64,000 nt of DNA from contig OZ176052.1 of NCBI GenBank assembly GCA_964247055.1, positions 2,790,001-2,854,000 on the forward strand. The letters run 5' to 3'. The DNA is from Paragordius varius (Eukaryota > Animalia > Nematomorpha). Shown one piece after another: positions 34,746 through 48,594 of this stretch (its first letter is position 1; each line of letters starts with the position of its first letter). A model generated the notes under the pieces. That model was not told the origin of the DNA. It made no database searches and worked only from the letters and a program-made list of their open reading frames with translations. The position numbers and the translations under genes are program-made.

Positions 34746-37700
34746 ACTTACTTGAACATGGGTTAAAATTTGGAACTTAATTTTTTCTTCAGTTGATATA
34801 TAACGTAAAACCTGACATCTATTTTGGCTAAATGTCAAAATTTATATATTCCTATAATCTTAATATTTAAACTACCATAAATTATCGAAATAGATCAGTA
34901 AATTACTTTACCCATGAATTGCACACTGTTTCTACAACATTAAAATAATTTATTTACGCTCCATGATAACGCATTCAACTTTTATAATTATTATAAGTAA
35001 TTAGCACTCACATAACACATATAACTACAACGCTGTTTTTAAATACCATCCAAAAAATCTATAAATCGTCTTTCGAATTATTACATTTTATCTAAAATTA
35101 ATATATGTTACATTAGGATTAAAATTATAAGTACATATTCATTGTCTGTGTTTTATTTCCTTCTACAAACAGTAGTCTTTAACTTTTCAGAACAAACAGA
35201 AAGTCATTTATATATAGATATCAACACATTTAGTCAACGAAAACTATTTGTTATAATAAAAATATGGTGGAAAATATCCAGGGAATAGCAAATGGTTCAT
35301 AGAGCTAAAAAAATATGTAGTTTTAAAACAAACTCAAACTTTTTGGTCAAAGAGTACAAAATCTGCTATTATTTATACTGTCAAACAAATTATAGTAATT
35401 GCTTTTTATTAATGGTTGTGTATAGGAATAGTTCAACAGGTAAAAATAGTTTAAAATTTATTGTTTAATAGTGTCGTGTCGTCCATATTTTGTATACCTA
35501 AATGATTTATTATCAACACAAATTTTTTAGATATGGGTCCTATTTAACTTGTATTTATATTTTTAATGAAAATTTTTAATTTTAAATATTGGATATGACT
35601 TTATATGTAACAGAGCTATTCATTTGCCTATTTGAAGCCATTGTGAGTTATTATTAAGCTCACTCCAATTCCCTAAACGTATTTTGAAGACAATACATGA
35701 ATTTTTAGTACATTATCTCGCTACAATTTGCTAACACTTAACATTAAGTAGGATATTTATTTTTTGGAAAATCCACAGATTCTAAACCTCTTCATTGGAA
35801 ATTTGTAATTTTCCATTTCCGTCAGACCTAATTATACTATATTATTTTTTATTTTTAATAGTTATACCTCTATATACTCATTTCTTCTAACCCAAACAAT
35901 TTAGATAATACATTTAAATGAAAAATTAATCATTGGGTGCTCTATAAAATAGTTACAAACGCTTCATAATAACTTACAAAAAAATGGATTTGTTGGGAAA
36001 AAAGCCTTTTAAAATCAATATATTTAATGTGACTTAAACTTCTTTATATTATTTTATCTATAAAACTAACGAATCTTGACACACTTGATTAAATTCTTTG
36101 GTGGGAATAGATCCAATGAATAGGACAAGTTTTTTTTCTATTGAGAAAATCATTACTTAATTCAACCTTGCATGCAAAAAACATTACACATATTGCGCAT
36201 TTCTTGTGACCAATATATTATCCATAGCTCATGATAGCTAGCTCTCTAACGCTCAAAATGCAAATTATTTGCAAATTTTTTCATTAATACCCTGTCATAT
36301 TTATTCAATCAAATCAAATATAATTGAATTTTTTTACACTTATTTTCTTAGCGAATTCTGGAAAAATCCTATATATGTATGCTTTTAAAGGAAAAATAGA
36401 TTTTGGATGTTGTAATATATGTATCCATAATCATTATAACAATATTCTTTTTAACCATTGTGTAGAAAAATATTACTAATAAAGTTTTCCGACAACCTTG
36501 ATATTCATAGTAATAATATTAACAATAAAATATAATAATTTACATGGCTCAATGCTGACAACTCTTTGCCAATTATATCCAAATTATGATTAATCTATTT
36601 TGCCATATTTTTGACCATTTCTATTACCACAAATAGCTAAGCAAAAATTGGTAGTTTTTCTAGTTTTTCTGTTTTTAGAAGGTGTATGTTTAGTTTACAC
36701 CTATACGTTATCTTTCAAACACCAAAAATTTATCCCTGTAACTAAAAGAATTTAAGCCAATTTGTTGGAAGCAACATTTGTTCTCTTTATGTTAGTTACT
36801 TTTGTTTGTCCTTCAAAAGAAACTACCTCCCTAACACTAAATTTTTTGACCAAATTATGTTTTTTTTCGGCCAGCCAGACACTTTACTTAATGTTATATA
36901 CATTCCCACATTATCATAATAATTATCGTAATGTGTTACAATAATAATTTTAATCATACTTTGTGTTGCCATTATTATTATAAATCTGCAGTTTGTGATC
37001 TCCGACACCTTTTCTTTAATCTTTAATGAAGATTTATTAGCGTTATAAACAAACACGATTCAGATAATTTGACCAGCCACCAGCCAAATGAAAATGTGGA
37101 AATAAAAATAATTAGATATCATTCACCAATTGATTCATTCATATATAAGAAAATATCCCTTCTCTATACAAATAATTCTTTTAATTGAGATGGCTAAACC
37201 GATTCCGAACTAACTGTTGGACATGTTATGTTGCACTGCATTATCCAAAAATAAAGAGGTATTTAATTTTATTTATGAAAACAAACTATGGCGAAACTAT
37301 TCACCTGTCCATATCATTTGAAAAGAGGTTCAGATACTAAATAAAAGACATGATGTCGGCTTTCTAAGATTTTTTGCCAAAAAAATTTGGTTACAATTAC
37401 TTTACTTTTTTAATGTATAGCTAGCTTAATTTTTGTGATATATAGCTATAAAATCAATAACTACCAAAATTATGGCATGCTAATATTTTCTGAAAAAATC
37501 TAAAAAACTACTTTTATCAAATAAAATAAAAAATATATTTTTATGGAACCGCATAATTTGTGGTTTTGTTCTCCTACAATGATGGTGTTATTATAAACTA
37601 ATAGTTTTGCCTCCAATTTCTAATAATTTTTGAGGTAACCAACCGTTTTTCCATAAACAAGCATCATACTATTGAATTAGCGATGAAAACCGAAATGATT

Positions 37701-38379
37701 ATTTTTATTAAACATGAAAAGGTAAAGTATTAATAAATTTAAAGGGTTTTATTTAATTTATACTTAAAATTCATGTTATTTTAAATTTATTTAGAGTGAG
37801 TATTATCTTATAACTTTGGTAAAGTAATAAACAAGTTTTTATAATTTTATTTTTTCTTAACTTTTGTTTTTGTAGATTTGACCCTAAATCATTGATTTCA
37901 TATGTTACACAATATAAAAGGGTCGCGCGTCTAATTGATTTACATTAACAAATAAATATTCTTTTAGCAGTAAACTGAAATAAAAACATAAAGAATTAGT
38001 GCTGATAAAAAAAATTCCTTCAAACAATATATATAAGTAATAAAACTTTTCTTTACCAACTTTGTGGATAAATATGGTAGATCAATAAATTCAGTGACAT
38101 TTACACAAATACTCTTAAAATTTTTTATATTAAATTTAAAACCCTATAGTAATATAGTGATCGACAAATTAAGAAAATAAATGTATAGGCTATAAGTTAA
38201 ATATGTTAAACAGCTCGCCATATCCAAAGGTCCCATCAATTCCTTAAATTATACTAGAATAAGAGATCATTAATAAATTCACGTGTTGACATATATTATC
38301 CGAATAAAAATTGCTTAAAAAAATATTTTTGGGTTTTTGAAAAACGTCAATCTAAAAGTGCGGCTGAACAAAGGGTTGA

Positions 38380-38960
38380 ATGCATGAAATGGCTCCATTG
38401 TTTGATTAGCTTATTCATAAAATAAGGCCTAATTTACCGGAAAATAGATTATTTACAATTTATACAGAAACGAGAACTATTATACGTTTTGTTACTTATT
38501 CAGCCATATAAAATATTGAAATGGCCACTGTAAAAGCGTATATTAAATTTGGCACCCTACCCAGAGTATAAAAAAGCGCTATATAATTATTACCTTCATA
38601 AGACAAATGGTGTATATTAATAAATACATATGATATTATATATTTCGGATATTTTGGTTTAACAGGATATTTTTAGGGTGGCAACTTTGTTTTCTGCTAA
38701 AAATCCCTAATAAATTTCACATGGAAAAAGGCTGTATATAAAAAGGCAGTCGACTATGTTCGCCAAATTCATTGATGATTAACAATCTTTATTGTTGAAT
38801 ATGAATGGACCAACCCGTTTTTACGTAAAATTGCTTCAAATAATCAATTTTTGGGGTCTATATTATAAAAAAACGTTTCTATACTCGGGGTGGTTAACTG
38901 CGTATAAAAGAGGGGCTTTTTGAAACCAACTTGTGTATACAATAATACTCCTAAATTTAA
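38380..38960 (-). mobile_element. Old, diverged remnant of the Helitron family
   Basis: GCAGTCGACTATGTTCG, GAATGGACCAACCCGTTTT and CTCGGGGTGG align in order with 32095-32240. CCTACCCAGAGTATAAAAAAGCG matches the internal repeat. Confidence 0.6.
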
Positions 38961-39686
38961 CGTCCATATTAAAAATAAATTTGGGCCTAAATTAAACTTT
39001 TTTTGTATATTATATATCATTATAAATTATATAATTAAATTTGTATGTTTTTTTTATTTAACAAGATCGGCTAATTGAATTTTCCATAAGTGAATTATTT
39101 AAAATGTCTTCTATAATAAATCTATATATGAACATAACTAAATTAATACTAAAGGATAATAGTTGATATTAAGGTGGACATTTTATCTTTGACAATGACT
39201 AAATTTGTCAAAAAATACCCGGATTATCATTTTACATCCTGATCTTTTTTCTTAAATAAAAATTTTATATAATAATATATGTTATTTATATTTAAGAATT
39301 AAAAATTGATCATATATAATTTATTTTTTTGCAATAAAATATCCAAAAAATGACTACCTAACTAATTTGTCGGATGTGCGCAGGTTACATTGTAAAAGCT
39401 TCACTTAAGATCGGAAATTTAAGAAAGAACAGCATGATTTGAGCCATATATAGACATTTATAAAAGAGGCATGTTTTGAATTCAAAATCCATATAGGGAA
39501 GTCTACTGCATGTTCATGACAATAAATATATTAAGTTTGATACTTAACAAAAGGTGAGAATTTAATATTTTAATTCCTTAATTTACAAATAAAGACATAA
39601 ATTGATATGAAGCGGATTAATACAAGCAGGCCAACATTAATTTTATAGTATTATCTTATGATTACTTATAATTATATGCTATATGT

Positions 39687-42600
39687 ATGGTAAAATGGGG
39701 CATTTTATAACAGAGAGAACCAAAATACAACTTAGGGCAATGGGAACAGCCATGGCTCAAATGTATTTTTAATTTAAGATTTAAAATGAGAAAATTACAG
39801 ACATATACGTTTTTGTAATTCAAGAAATAAAAACCTTATAACTTAATAAAGTAGGAGAAAAGTTGGGAAATACTTGTGGTTCCTTCGAATGAGCAAATTT
39901 GAATCAGACCGGCTCATTTCCCTATCTAAAGCTGTCTTTAAGACCTTTTTTACATTTCCTTTAGCGAGAACCTAATGATTATTGGTTTGATCGGTAGAAC
40001 CTTATATTATATTTGAATATAATTTATATTGAGAATGCTAATAGTTAACTCTTATTTGGTAACAAGTAATAGAGAATCAAAAAGGTTGATTATAGCTAGG
40101 CACCGAATCGATCGAGCTTGTAAAACCTTACATTGTATTTAATGTCCGATTTTTACTTTGAGAATTTTCGGTTAATGCAAGAATGACTCATTTCGTTTAA
40201 ATTGTATCAATGCGATATAAATTGCTTTTTTGATAGAAAATAAATTTGAAGATATTATTATGCTACGAAAAAAGTTAGTTTATTTAATGTGGTGTTGTAA
40301 AATTATGTAGTAAACTCCTATTATTCTGACAATACAGCAAAATATGTATAAAAATTTGAGGACATATGATTATCAGAGATTTTATTCGATTATGTGCGAT
40401 AATTTCGATAATTTTATTGCGGTAGCAGCTGTTGCCGGTCACGCATCATTGTTACTTAAATAGTCGTTTTTTGCAAAACCATATTTTCCCCAAAAATTTG
40501 CTTGAAGCATTAATTTTTAAAGCCTATTTTAGATCGGGTGGAGCTAAACTCAGCGGCTAATAAAAAAAGCGCTCGGTTAAATTGTTGCACTTACACAGAA
40601 ATCATATTAAATATGATCACAAAGAAATATGAAAAATTGATCCAAAGGTGTGCAATAATTATAGGTCATTCGGGTGAAGTCCGCTCAAGCGACTTAATTT
40701 AATAAAAGCTAGGTTTCTTTACCTGAATGAGAAAAATGTGTAGGTAAATCATTCATTCAATATCATTTTATATGTATTCAAAAATATGCCTAGAAGCTAA
40801 TATTTTTTCAAAACCCTTATTTTTAATCGAGGTGGGGCTTAACTGAGGGGTAATGGGAAAAAAATCTCATAAATGAATACTTATGAATTAAACAACCATT
40901 TACATTTTCCAAAAAATCGAATAAATGAATATTTTTTTAAACCTCACAGTGGGAATGAACAGATGACTAAGTCCGCGTCATTTAGACAAAAATGTTTTCA
41001 CTTCTAGTTTCGAATGGGCTTATGTGTTTTCCGAAATATTGTTTAGAAGCCAATATATAACTTCCTGTTTTCACACGAGCGGGACTAAACTGAATGGCAA
41101 ATTTAAAATCAATGGTTAAATTCCCCTAGACACATTAAAAAATAAAAAAATTTATTATTGAGCTCGAATGAACCCACACGTTTACCGGAAAATCGCTTAA
41201 AAACCAATATTTGTCAAAAAAACTATATTTTCAGAGGATAAGGACGAATCAATGGGCTAATTTCATGCTCTGTCGACCTAACCGCATTATTAATAAAATT
41301 CGCTCTTGAAATTTGTTATATAAAACCCCGGTGGGGCTAAACTGGCTGGCAAATTAAAAATTGGCTTTTTCAACTCTGATAAATATAAAAATTTTATTTT
41401 TGATTCAAATGGGTCTACTTGTTTACCGACAAACAATATCTGTTTGAAACATATATTGACTGGACTAAACTGAGGGGCGTTTTTAAAAAATGTTTTCTCG
41501 CCGGCGCATTCGCGTAACAAGAAAAGAATCCATTAATATGCCTCAAAGTTTTTTGAAAAATTGCTATCAAGCCAATAATTGTTCAGAAAGTTGCGGCTAA
41601 GGGGATAATTCAAAAAAGGCTAAGTTGCATTCGGTTGAGTAAAAAATAAATAAAACCATTAATGAAAGTGAATAGGGCTACATTTTGGAAATATTCTTCA
41701 AATCCGAATTTTGAGGACATCTTTTACCGCTGTTTACAGGAGTAGGTCGAAAAAGCGGGCTAATTCAAAAAACGGCTTAGCATTCTCGATTATCAAGGAT
41801 TAAAATACACTTATTTTAATGAACCTACACGTTATCCCAAAAATCAAGCTATCACATTCTATATTTTTATAAAAATATATGGATTTAAATATAAATATAT
41901 TAATAATATTTCATTTATTTTTTGACTGCACTCAAAATAAGTTTATCTGTTAACTATAGTTTTTTATAATTTTATTAAATCTGCCGAAGTAAACCTGCAC
42001 AATCCTCTATCTTAAAATGACTGTTAATAAGGCTAAATTGAGAGATTATGGTTAAAAAATTTATAATTTTATTATTTACGCTCTTGCCGTAACATAAAAA
42101 GTTTCAGATAGGCGTCATAAGAAAATTATTTTAAGTTATATTTGTAACGAAAGAGGCATAATGCATATCAAAAACTTCCTGTATCCACTCACTTCATTTT
42201 GCGATTTGAAAATCAATTACCAGATAATTTATAGGTTTAAATCGCTATACTCCTCTCCCATACAATCGCCATTTGGTAAAAACAAAAATTAGGAAATTAA
42301 AAATGATTTATATTTTGCACAAAATGGGGAAAAAATGCATACATTTTGATTGATAGATTTGTTAAATTATAGCAAGCTGTGTGCTAAAAAAATTATTATT
42401 TTATAAGGCATGATTTATTTAATTTTTGTATAATGAGTGATATATTAATAAAATATTGATATATATTTTTCAACAGAAATACAATTAATATATAAATTAT
42501 TCCAGATTTTTATTTGTACCAAAAAAATAATTCACTTAAGATGCAGTTTTGTTTTAAATTAAATTAATTAAGACTGTGTTTTTGGGTTTTTCTTTAAATC

Positions 42601-43240
42601 ATTTGGTATTAATTTTTATAAATGAGTAAATCATAGGGTTACAGAATTGTCTGGGAAACCCTATGCAAAACCAAAATGCACCAAACATCTGATAATCAGT
42701 ATATTGGCTAAAATTTTGAAATTCAGTAAAACGCCCAAAATTATTATAATTTCTGAATAAGAGGATCATATAAATGTAAAACGAAAATAGGTCCAAAGGT
42801 TTAATATTAAGATGGTTGTTTGCAAATTTAAAAAAAAGACTAAGTATATACAATAAAAACGCATTTTATCAAATTCTGTTAAATCGAGCTAGTTCTAAAG
42901 TATTGTTAAATTTTAGTTAAAATTATGTACCTAGGCATGGCCAAAATGGTAGCTTTAAAATTGGTTATATTTTTAAATTTTGAGTCAATGTACGTTAAAT
43001 TACAATAAATCATAGGTTTTATAGCGATTTCCATATAATGCTGATAATAATTAAGTAAGTTTGAACGATCCATATATTTCTACAAGCCTTGATTTTTTAC
43101 ACAAAGTTTTTGACCCATCTTTTCTTATTTTTTAAATTTTAACAGTCATTTCGATAATTCTACAGGGTAAACTTGAAGCGAATGGTATGAGTACTGAGAT
43201 GAGTTCTTTTTCAACACCAATATCTGAAAACAATAAAAGC
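39687..43240 (+). CDS. Candidate 5' exons of the SYD-1 gene: 39687-39689 (ATG), 39714-39762, 42235-42275, 43166-43240
   Basis: AG/GT-bounded blocks with compatible phases (0,1,0,0) give M|REPKYNLGQWEQPWLKC|LNRYTPLPYNRHL|GKLEANGMSTEMSSFSTPISENNKS and would join the phase-0 acceptor at 52058. No homology support; alternative frames are possible. Confidence 0.3.
40500..41830 (-). repeat. Degenerate tandem array related to the Helitron 5' region
   Basis: Recurrent GG(G/A)CTAAACTG(A)GGGG and GAATG(G/A)(G/A)(C/T)C(C/T)AC..GTTTACCG(G)AAAA motifs at ~130-280 bp spacing, similar to 32140-32345. Confidence 0.5.
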
Positions 43241-43492
43241 GTATTATTGTATATTTTTAAAGTAAAGCCAAAACTCTTATTATCGGTCGTTATGCGCAAG
43301 AATATTTTTTAATTTATATATAAATGCGGCGTTTGCAATTTTTTCAGCTTTTAATCTATTAACCAGCTATCTAAATTTAGTCTCCCAAATACAATGCCCT
43401 AGATGTTTAGCAACATTTGACTCAAAAGAGAATAATCTGCATAAGTCAAATAATTTTTATTTTTTTGATCCTTTTTTCATGTGTTTTAAAAA

Positions 43493-43751
43493 AGGGGGCG
43501 TAAGAGGGTAGAAAGGGGGACTGATGCGGGCGCCATAGTAGAAGGGGCGCCGAATTTAAAAATTTTTTAATTTTCCTTCAAAAAATAGGCATTTAAAAGT
43601 TATATTTTTATATAGTACACAAAAAATCACCCATATATGAGTGGTCATGATCACGGTTTGAATTTGATTTTTTATCAAGGGGTCGCATGGAGAGGGAGAG
43701 GGCGACATCACGGATTCATGTACTGGGCGCCAGAAATGCAAGCTGCCTCTG
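43493..43751. mobile_element. GC-rich hAT-like MITE
   Basis: AGGGGGCGTAAG at the left, GCTGCCTCTG at the right, repeated GGGCGCC motifs inside; sharp GC contrast with the flanks. No TSD seen. Confidence 0.45.
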
Positions 43752-45309
43752 TTTGTTCATGGTCGATGTGGAAAAAAATTAAAACATATAAAGAATGAAA
43801 AAATAAATGATCTTTTTATTGTACTATCCCTTAAAAGATTCGGTCATGCATAATTTATACTAATTATTTTACGGGAAACATTAGGTTGAGTCTAAAAGAT
43901 AAAGCAACAATCTGTTATTCAAGCTCTTTTTATAAATATCTAAATATGTTACTCTAATTTCACAAAGTCAGCCGTTAAGCATATACATATATTAGTATTT
44001 TTTGAATAAATTTATTGGCTTTTAAGGTTGACCAAAGTTTTCTTTTATAACTCAAAAGCGCTTTTGAAAAAATAATATATTTTTCGTTTATTGTATTATA
44101 TAATTTATGGTAAAATGCTTTCCTTCTTTTTCATCATTTAGGCATAATGGTATCAAGCTGTTTAAACCTTTTACCTATTTCTTTGGTTATTTTTCTGATC
44201 AAGGCCCCAACATTCAGTTATATCAGACCCCAAACAAATATGTATTTTTTCATTTTTTATTAGAGAGTGAAACCCACACGTTTTTAGAAAAAATTTTTGG
44301 GGTTGTTGCTCGTGATGTCTCAAAAACTGATTTCAGCCGTCAACAGTTTTTGTTAAAAGTTTTTGAAAACCAAGGACTAGAACTTAAGATAGTAATAAAA
44401 TGTATTTTAATAAGCGACACATCACACCCATAAAAAATGGTTCATATATTTTTCATAAATTTGTATTTTATAACATTTTAACACATTTTTCATTAAAATG
44501 TAAAAAAATTTATTTACTCTATATTTTACCCGAAAAGCTTATATTTTATTTCATCGCGGGTACAAACAGGTGAATCTAATTATAATACAGAAAGGTGATA
44601 AGCTAGTTGCCAAACATTTTTGGACACCGAAAAATTTTTATTCTAAAACTCACAACAGTTGTTTCCAAATTTTATTAAATAAATTTTATCATACTTATTT
44701 CATTTAATGCGATTTACTTGATGTAGGTCAGTAAAACACAGGATTATATATTTATATATTTTACTAATATTTTATATGTAGTTAAAAGTTATAACCGTTT
44801 AATTAAATAAATATTTTTTAACAAGAATTCATTTTAAAAACAGCTTGCTTTCAGTTATTTAAGTTTAGTTTCTGTAATGCAACATGACCCCAATTTTTTG
44901 ATATTCTTTAAAAAAATTAAAATTGGAAATAGATTTATTTTGGCACACTATAATAGATAACCCAATTATGTTTGTGAAAATAATTTTTAAAAATTAGTTA
45001 TTACAAATTTAACGCTTGCGATAAATGGCTTAAAATTAATTTACATGTAAAATATCTGTATTAAAGTGTATTAACATATTTTTACAATTTAAATATGGTA
45101 GTGATTCAAATGTTTTAAATGCCATGTACATTTTAAATTGTTATATGCAATAAAATTCCGATTTGCATTTTATATGTGAATTAAGAATTTATGGTTTATG
45201 ATAAAATTAGGTCCAATTTCGAAATGTTTGAAGGATTCTATACATTCTTTTTTATCTTCGAGGTATTAAACAAATATTTATCAGCCAAATTATGCTAGCG
45301 GTTATGATA

Positions 45310-45604
45310 TACCATTTACAGTTCAAATTCACACTTGAACAATTCAAATTTACCCTCGAATAATATAAATTCACCCTAAAAATAAATTATAGATTTTTAA
45401 GATTAAAAATTACATATATTTCTTTATATTTTAAAAGATAAATTTTCTTTTAAAATTATATAAAACTGAAAAAATAATAAACTATGCTATATAAACATAT
45501 TAAATTTGAATAGCCCGAAAACACATAATTTATTTTCAGGGTGAATTTAATCGTTCGAGGGTGAAATTGAATTGTTGAAGGCTAGATTTGAATTGTGAAT
45601 GGTA
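45310..45604. mobile_element. TA-target MITE (TACCATTTAC ends), about three 21-bp units per arm
   Basis: TA|TACCATTTACAGTTCAAATTCAC ... GAATTGTGAATGGTA|TA. Confidence 0.85.
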
Positions 45605-46191
45605 TACAATGTTTGTTAAAGCTCTTTTCTCTTGTTAATAAATTTTTAATATGAATCGTGCTAAAACAATAAAAAAAAGTTTTTAATTAAACCAACCCTT
45701 TGATTTATGTCTATATTTTAGGCTTAATCACATATTTTTGGATTTTGATTAATTTTTTAATATTTTCACCATAAAAAATACTTTCCGGATACACAAAATT
45801 TATCATGGATGATAAATTTCTAAAATTTAACAATATGCATACATAATTAGGGGATCCATAAATTAAAAAATTAGCATATTTTTTAAATTTTACAAAAAAT
45901 TAATACTTTTTATTATTTATTATTTTCGAAATACGGTCTCTCTCTCTCTCTCCACTATTTTACCAAAGTCATAGAGAATAAGGTATATATACATATCCTT
46001 CAATAGTATCCCTTTGTCTAATGCTTCGATGGCCTTGTCAGAGCATCCCTAATAATTTATTAAGGATGTAATTTTAAAATTTTATTATATATACATCTAA
46101 CCAAAGTTAATGTCTCTATTAAAGACATAAGTGGACACAAAAGATGTCATTAATTAATAAAACACAAACAGACGACGACATCTTAATTAGT

Positions 46192-46222
<31 letters not shown>

Positions 46223-46782
46223 TGAAAAATGTATAAATAATGACCCTCGTCCACACCTAAATCATTCGAATTATAAAAATATTGTTTAACAAAAGGACAG
46301 CTAGTTGTCAATCCACATTCAACACACTTTAGCCATCAAAAGTAGGTTTAATGTATAACTGTCAAGGTTTTTTATAGAAAGGATTATAGATATAAGGGTT
46401 ATTATATGCTTTCGACCAATTTTATAGATATAAATAAGGTAAATATATCAAGGATATTTAAAAATTATTATTCTAATGGTATTAGGAATATTTTAAGGTG
46501 CAGCTGTTAAAAATTAACATTGTTTTTGAATCAATATCATTTTCCATTTAGCAGTGTAATATACATCAGGGGGTGTTTAACACAAATGGTTCGCGGGCTT
46601 AAATCGAAAAATAAATGAACATTCTTTATTATTATGCTTCATACTCATACATAAAACTGTAAAATGCAAACACGATATAATTTTTCTTTAGTTCTTGCCA
46701 ATAGGATAGATAGACTTACTTAGAAAAATTGTTGATATCAATTTTTTGTGGGCATATTTTTACACTTGTATATATGTATTCA

Positions 46783-47718
46783 CACTTCAATTTTAATTGG
46801 ATATAACTAGTAATCCCAGACTATTTAAATAGATATTTTTAAAAGGGGTACGGTTACAATTTATATTAATGCTTCTATCCTAAAAAATATATAAAAAAGC
46901 CTATATCTAAATAAAATATATACCATTTACAGTTCAAATTCACCCTTAAACAATTCAAATTCACCCTCGAACAATTCAAATTCACCCTTGAACAATTCAA
47001 ATTCACCCTCGAACAATTCAAATTCACCCTCAAATAAATAACATGTTTTTTAAGATTAAAAATTACCTATATCTTAATATATTTTTAAAAAATAAAATTT
47101 TGTTTTAAATTAAAATAATACTGAAAAAAATAATTAATTATGCCATAAAGGTATATTTTATATTAATAATGAGTTTTATATTGATTCGAAAACACATAAT
47201 GTATTTTTAGGGTGAATTTGAATTGTTCGAGGGTGAATTTGAATTGTTCAAGGGTGAATTTGAATTGTAGGGTGAATTTGAATTGTTTAAGGGTGAATTT
47301 GAACTGTAAATGGTATAGTATTGAAAAAAACTGCAAATCAAACTACATCGACGCCATTGTTATTTTACTATAACATTTTGCAAAATACGTGTTTTTTATT
47401 ACGCTAAAATTCAAGTTTTTCTATTAAAATTACACTACATATAAATAGAAAAAGTGGTTTATTTTGCATTAATTTTATATAGCTAATGCACACATGTCAG
47501 GATGGCTAAATTTTGACTTTCTTATCCATCAAATAATAAGTAATATCATGTTTTTTAGATTGAATTTTTTTGTATATTACGGTTCATAATGTTATAAAAG
47601 TGCAAAATTTTGTAATAGTTTTAATTTAATCCATATTTTTGGAAAGCTTTGACCCAGGCCTGAAGTCAATTACCCAATTTATATCTAAGGACTTAAATAA
47701 ATATGTTGGATGCATATT
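46783..47718 (+). mobile_element. Older family A piggyBac-like MITE hosting the TA-target MITE
   Basis: CACTTCAATTTTAATTGGATATAACTAGTAATCCCAGACT at the start. Colinear with 6635-7205 on both sides of 46921-47315; ends ..AGGACTTAAATAAATATGTTGGATGCA. Confidence 0.75.
46921..47315. mobile_element. TA-target (Tc1/mariner-type) MITE, best-preserved copy, five 21-bp units per arm
   Basis: Near-perfect TIRs TACCATTTACAG+(TTCAAATTCACCCTYRAACAA)x5. Removing the element plus one TA restores the length of the host family A consensus, so the TSD is TA rather than TATA. Confidence 0.92.
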
Positions 47719-48594
47719 AGATGGTTTTTATTTAACTTGAATAAAGGTTGATTAAATATACCATTTGGACAAAAGCAATCAATTATTTTTGGTAGAATAA
47801 CTAGGTAACAAGGGATAATATTGAGGGGTAAATGCAAATGAAATTTTCGCATTGTTTTAAAATTTCAGTTCTGTTTTTTTATAATGTGAATTATGAATCT
47901 TTATGGTTTATATATAAAATTGACTATTGATGAGTTGTTTTACTTGAAAATCTAAATATAATTAGACATCAGTTTGGCCCAAACATAGGGTAAATAAATA
48001 TATAATCGATGTGAGTTCTCATTTGGTAAATTTAAAGGTGAAACGCTAAAATAATATAAAATTGATTTAAAAACTAAAATACGCTAAACAGAGCTGACTA
48101 TTTTATTTGTGAAGTGTGAATCGAAAGCGAGCGGTGATAGAAATAATTACAGAAGGTAGTGTAGATGGTTAATACTTTAATTTTAATTAGATCAATCATA
48201 ATAACGAAAGCTTATTGGCCATTTTGGTTTTTAATTGGCTTAAACGAGATGTTAATTACATTTCTTTTACTATGCATTCAATTAAAAATATGTAAATAAA
48301 AAAATGAGTAATTTCACATATGGCAACACTTTTAATCAATTAAAAAACAAAAATGACTAATAATAGATCTCGTCACTGTGTTTTATGAAAAAATATTAAA
48401 ATCTTTTTTAAGACATAATTATTTTTTAGAATTTTCGGACAAATTACTATAGACACTTTATGAATTGTCACATAATATTGATAACTGGCTAATAATATTA
48501 TTATTATTATCATGCTCTTCATCAAAGATTTTTACTTTTACCCCTAATTTTATAATAAGAGCGTCTTACCAGTAAAATGAATGAGCTAAAAATA

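Larger units (their letters stand above)
30561..34762. mobile_element. Foldback element copy 2 with ~1.1-kb imperfect arms; left arm interrupted by Helitron copy 2
   Basis: Left arm 30561-30642 plus 32391-~33450 is the reverse complement of the right arm ~33670-34762 (CCCATATTCAAGTAAGTAATACTT / AAGTATTACTTACTTGAACATGGG). The homologous opposite-strand ORFs 32914-33195 and 33962-34252 (INWVDSSM) confirm it. Spacer ~220 bp. Confidence 0.85.

Noticed and set aside
46933-47037. Regular 21-bp direct repeats resembling a CRISPR array
   Set aside because: Units are contiguous with no spacers, are mirrored in an inverted arm, and there are no cas genes in this eukaryotic context.
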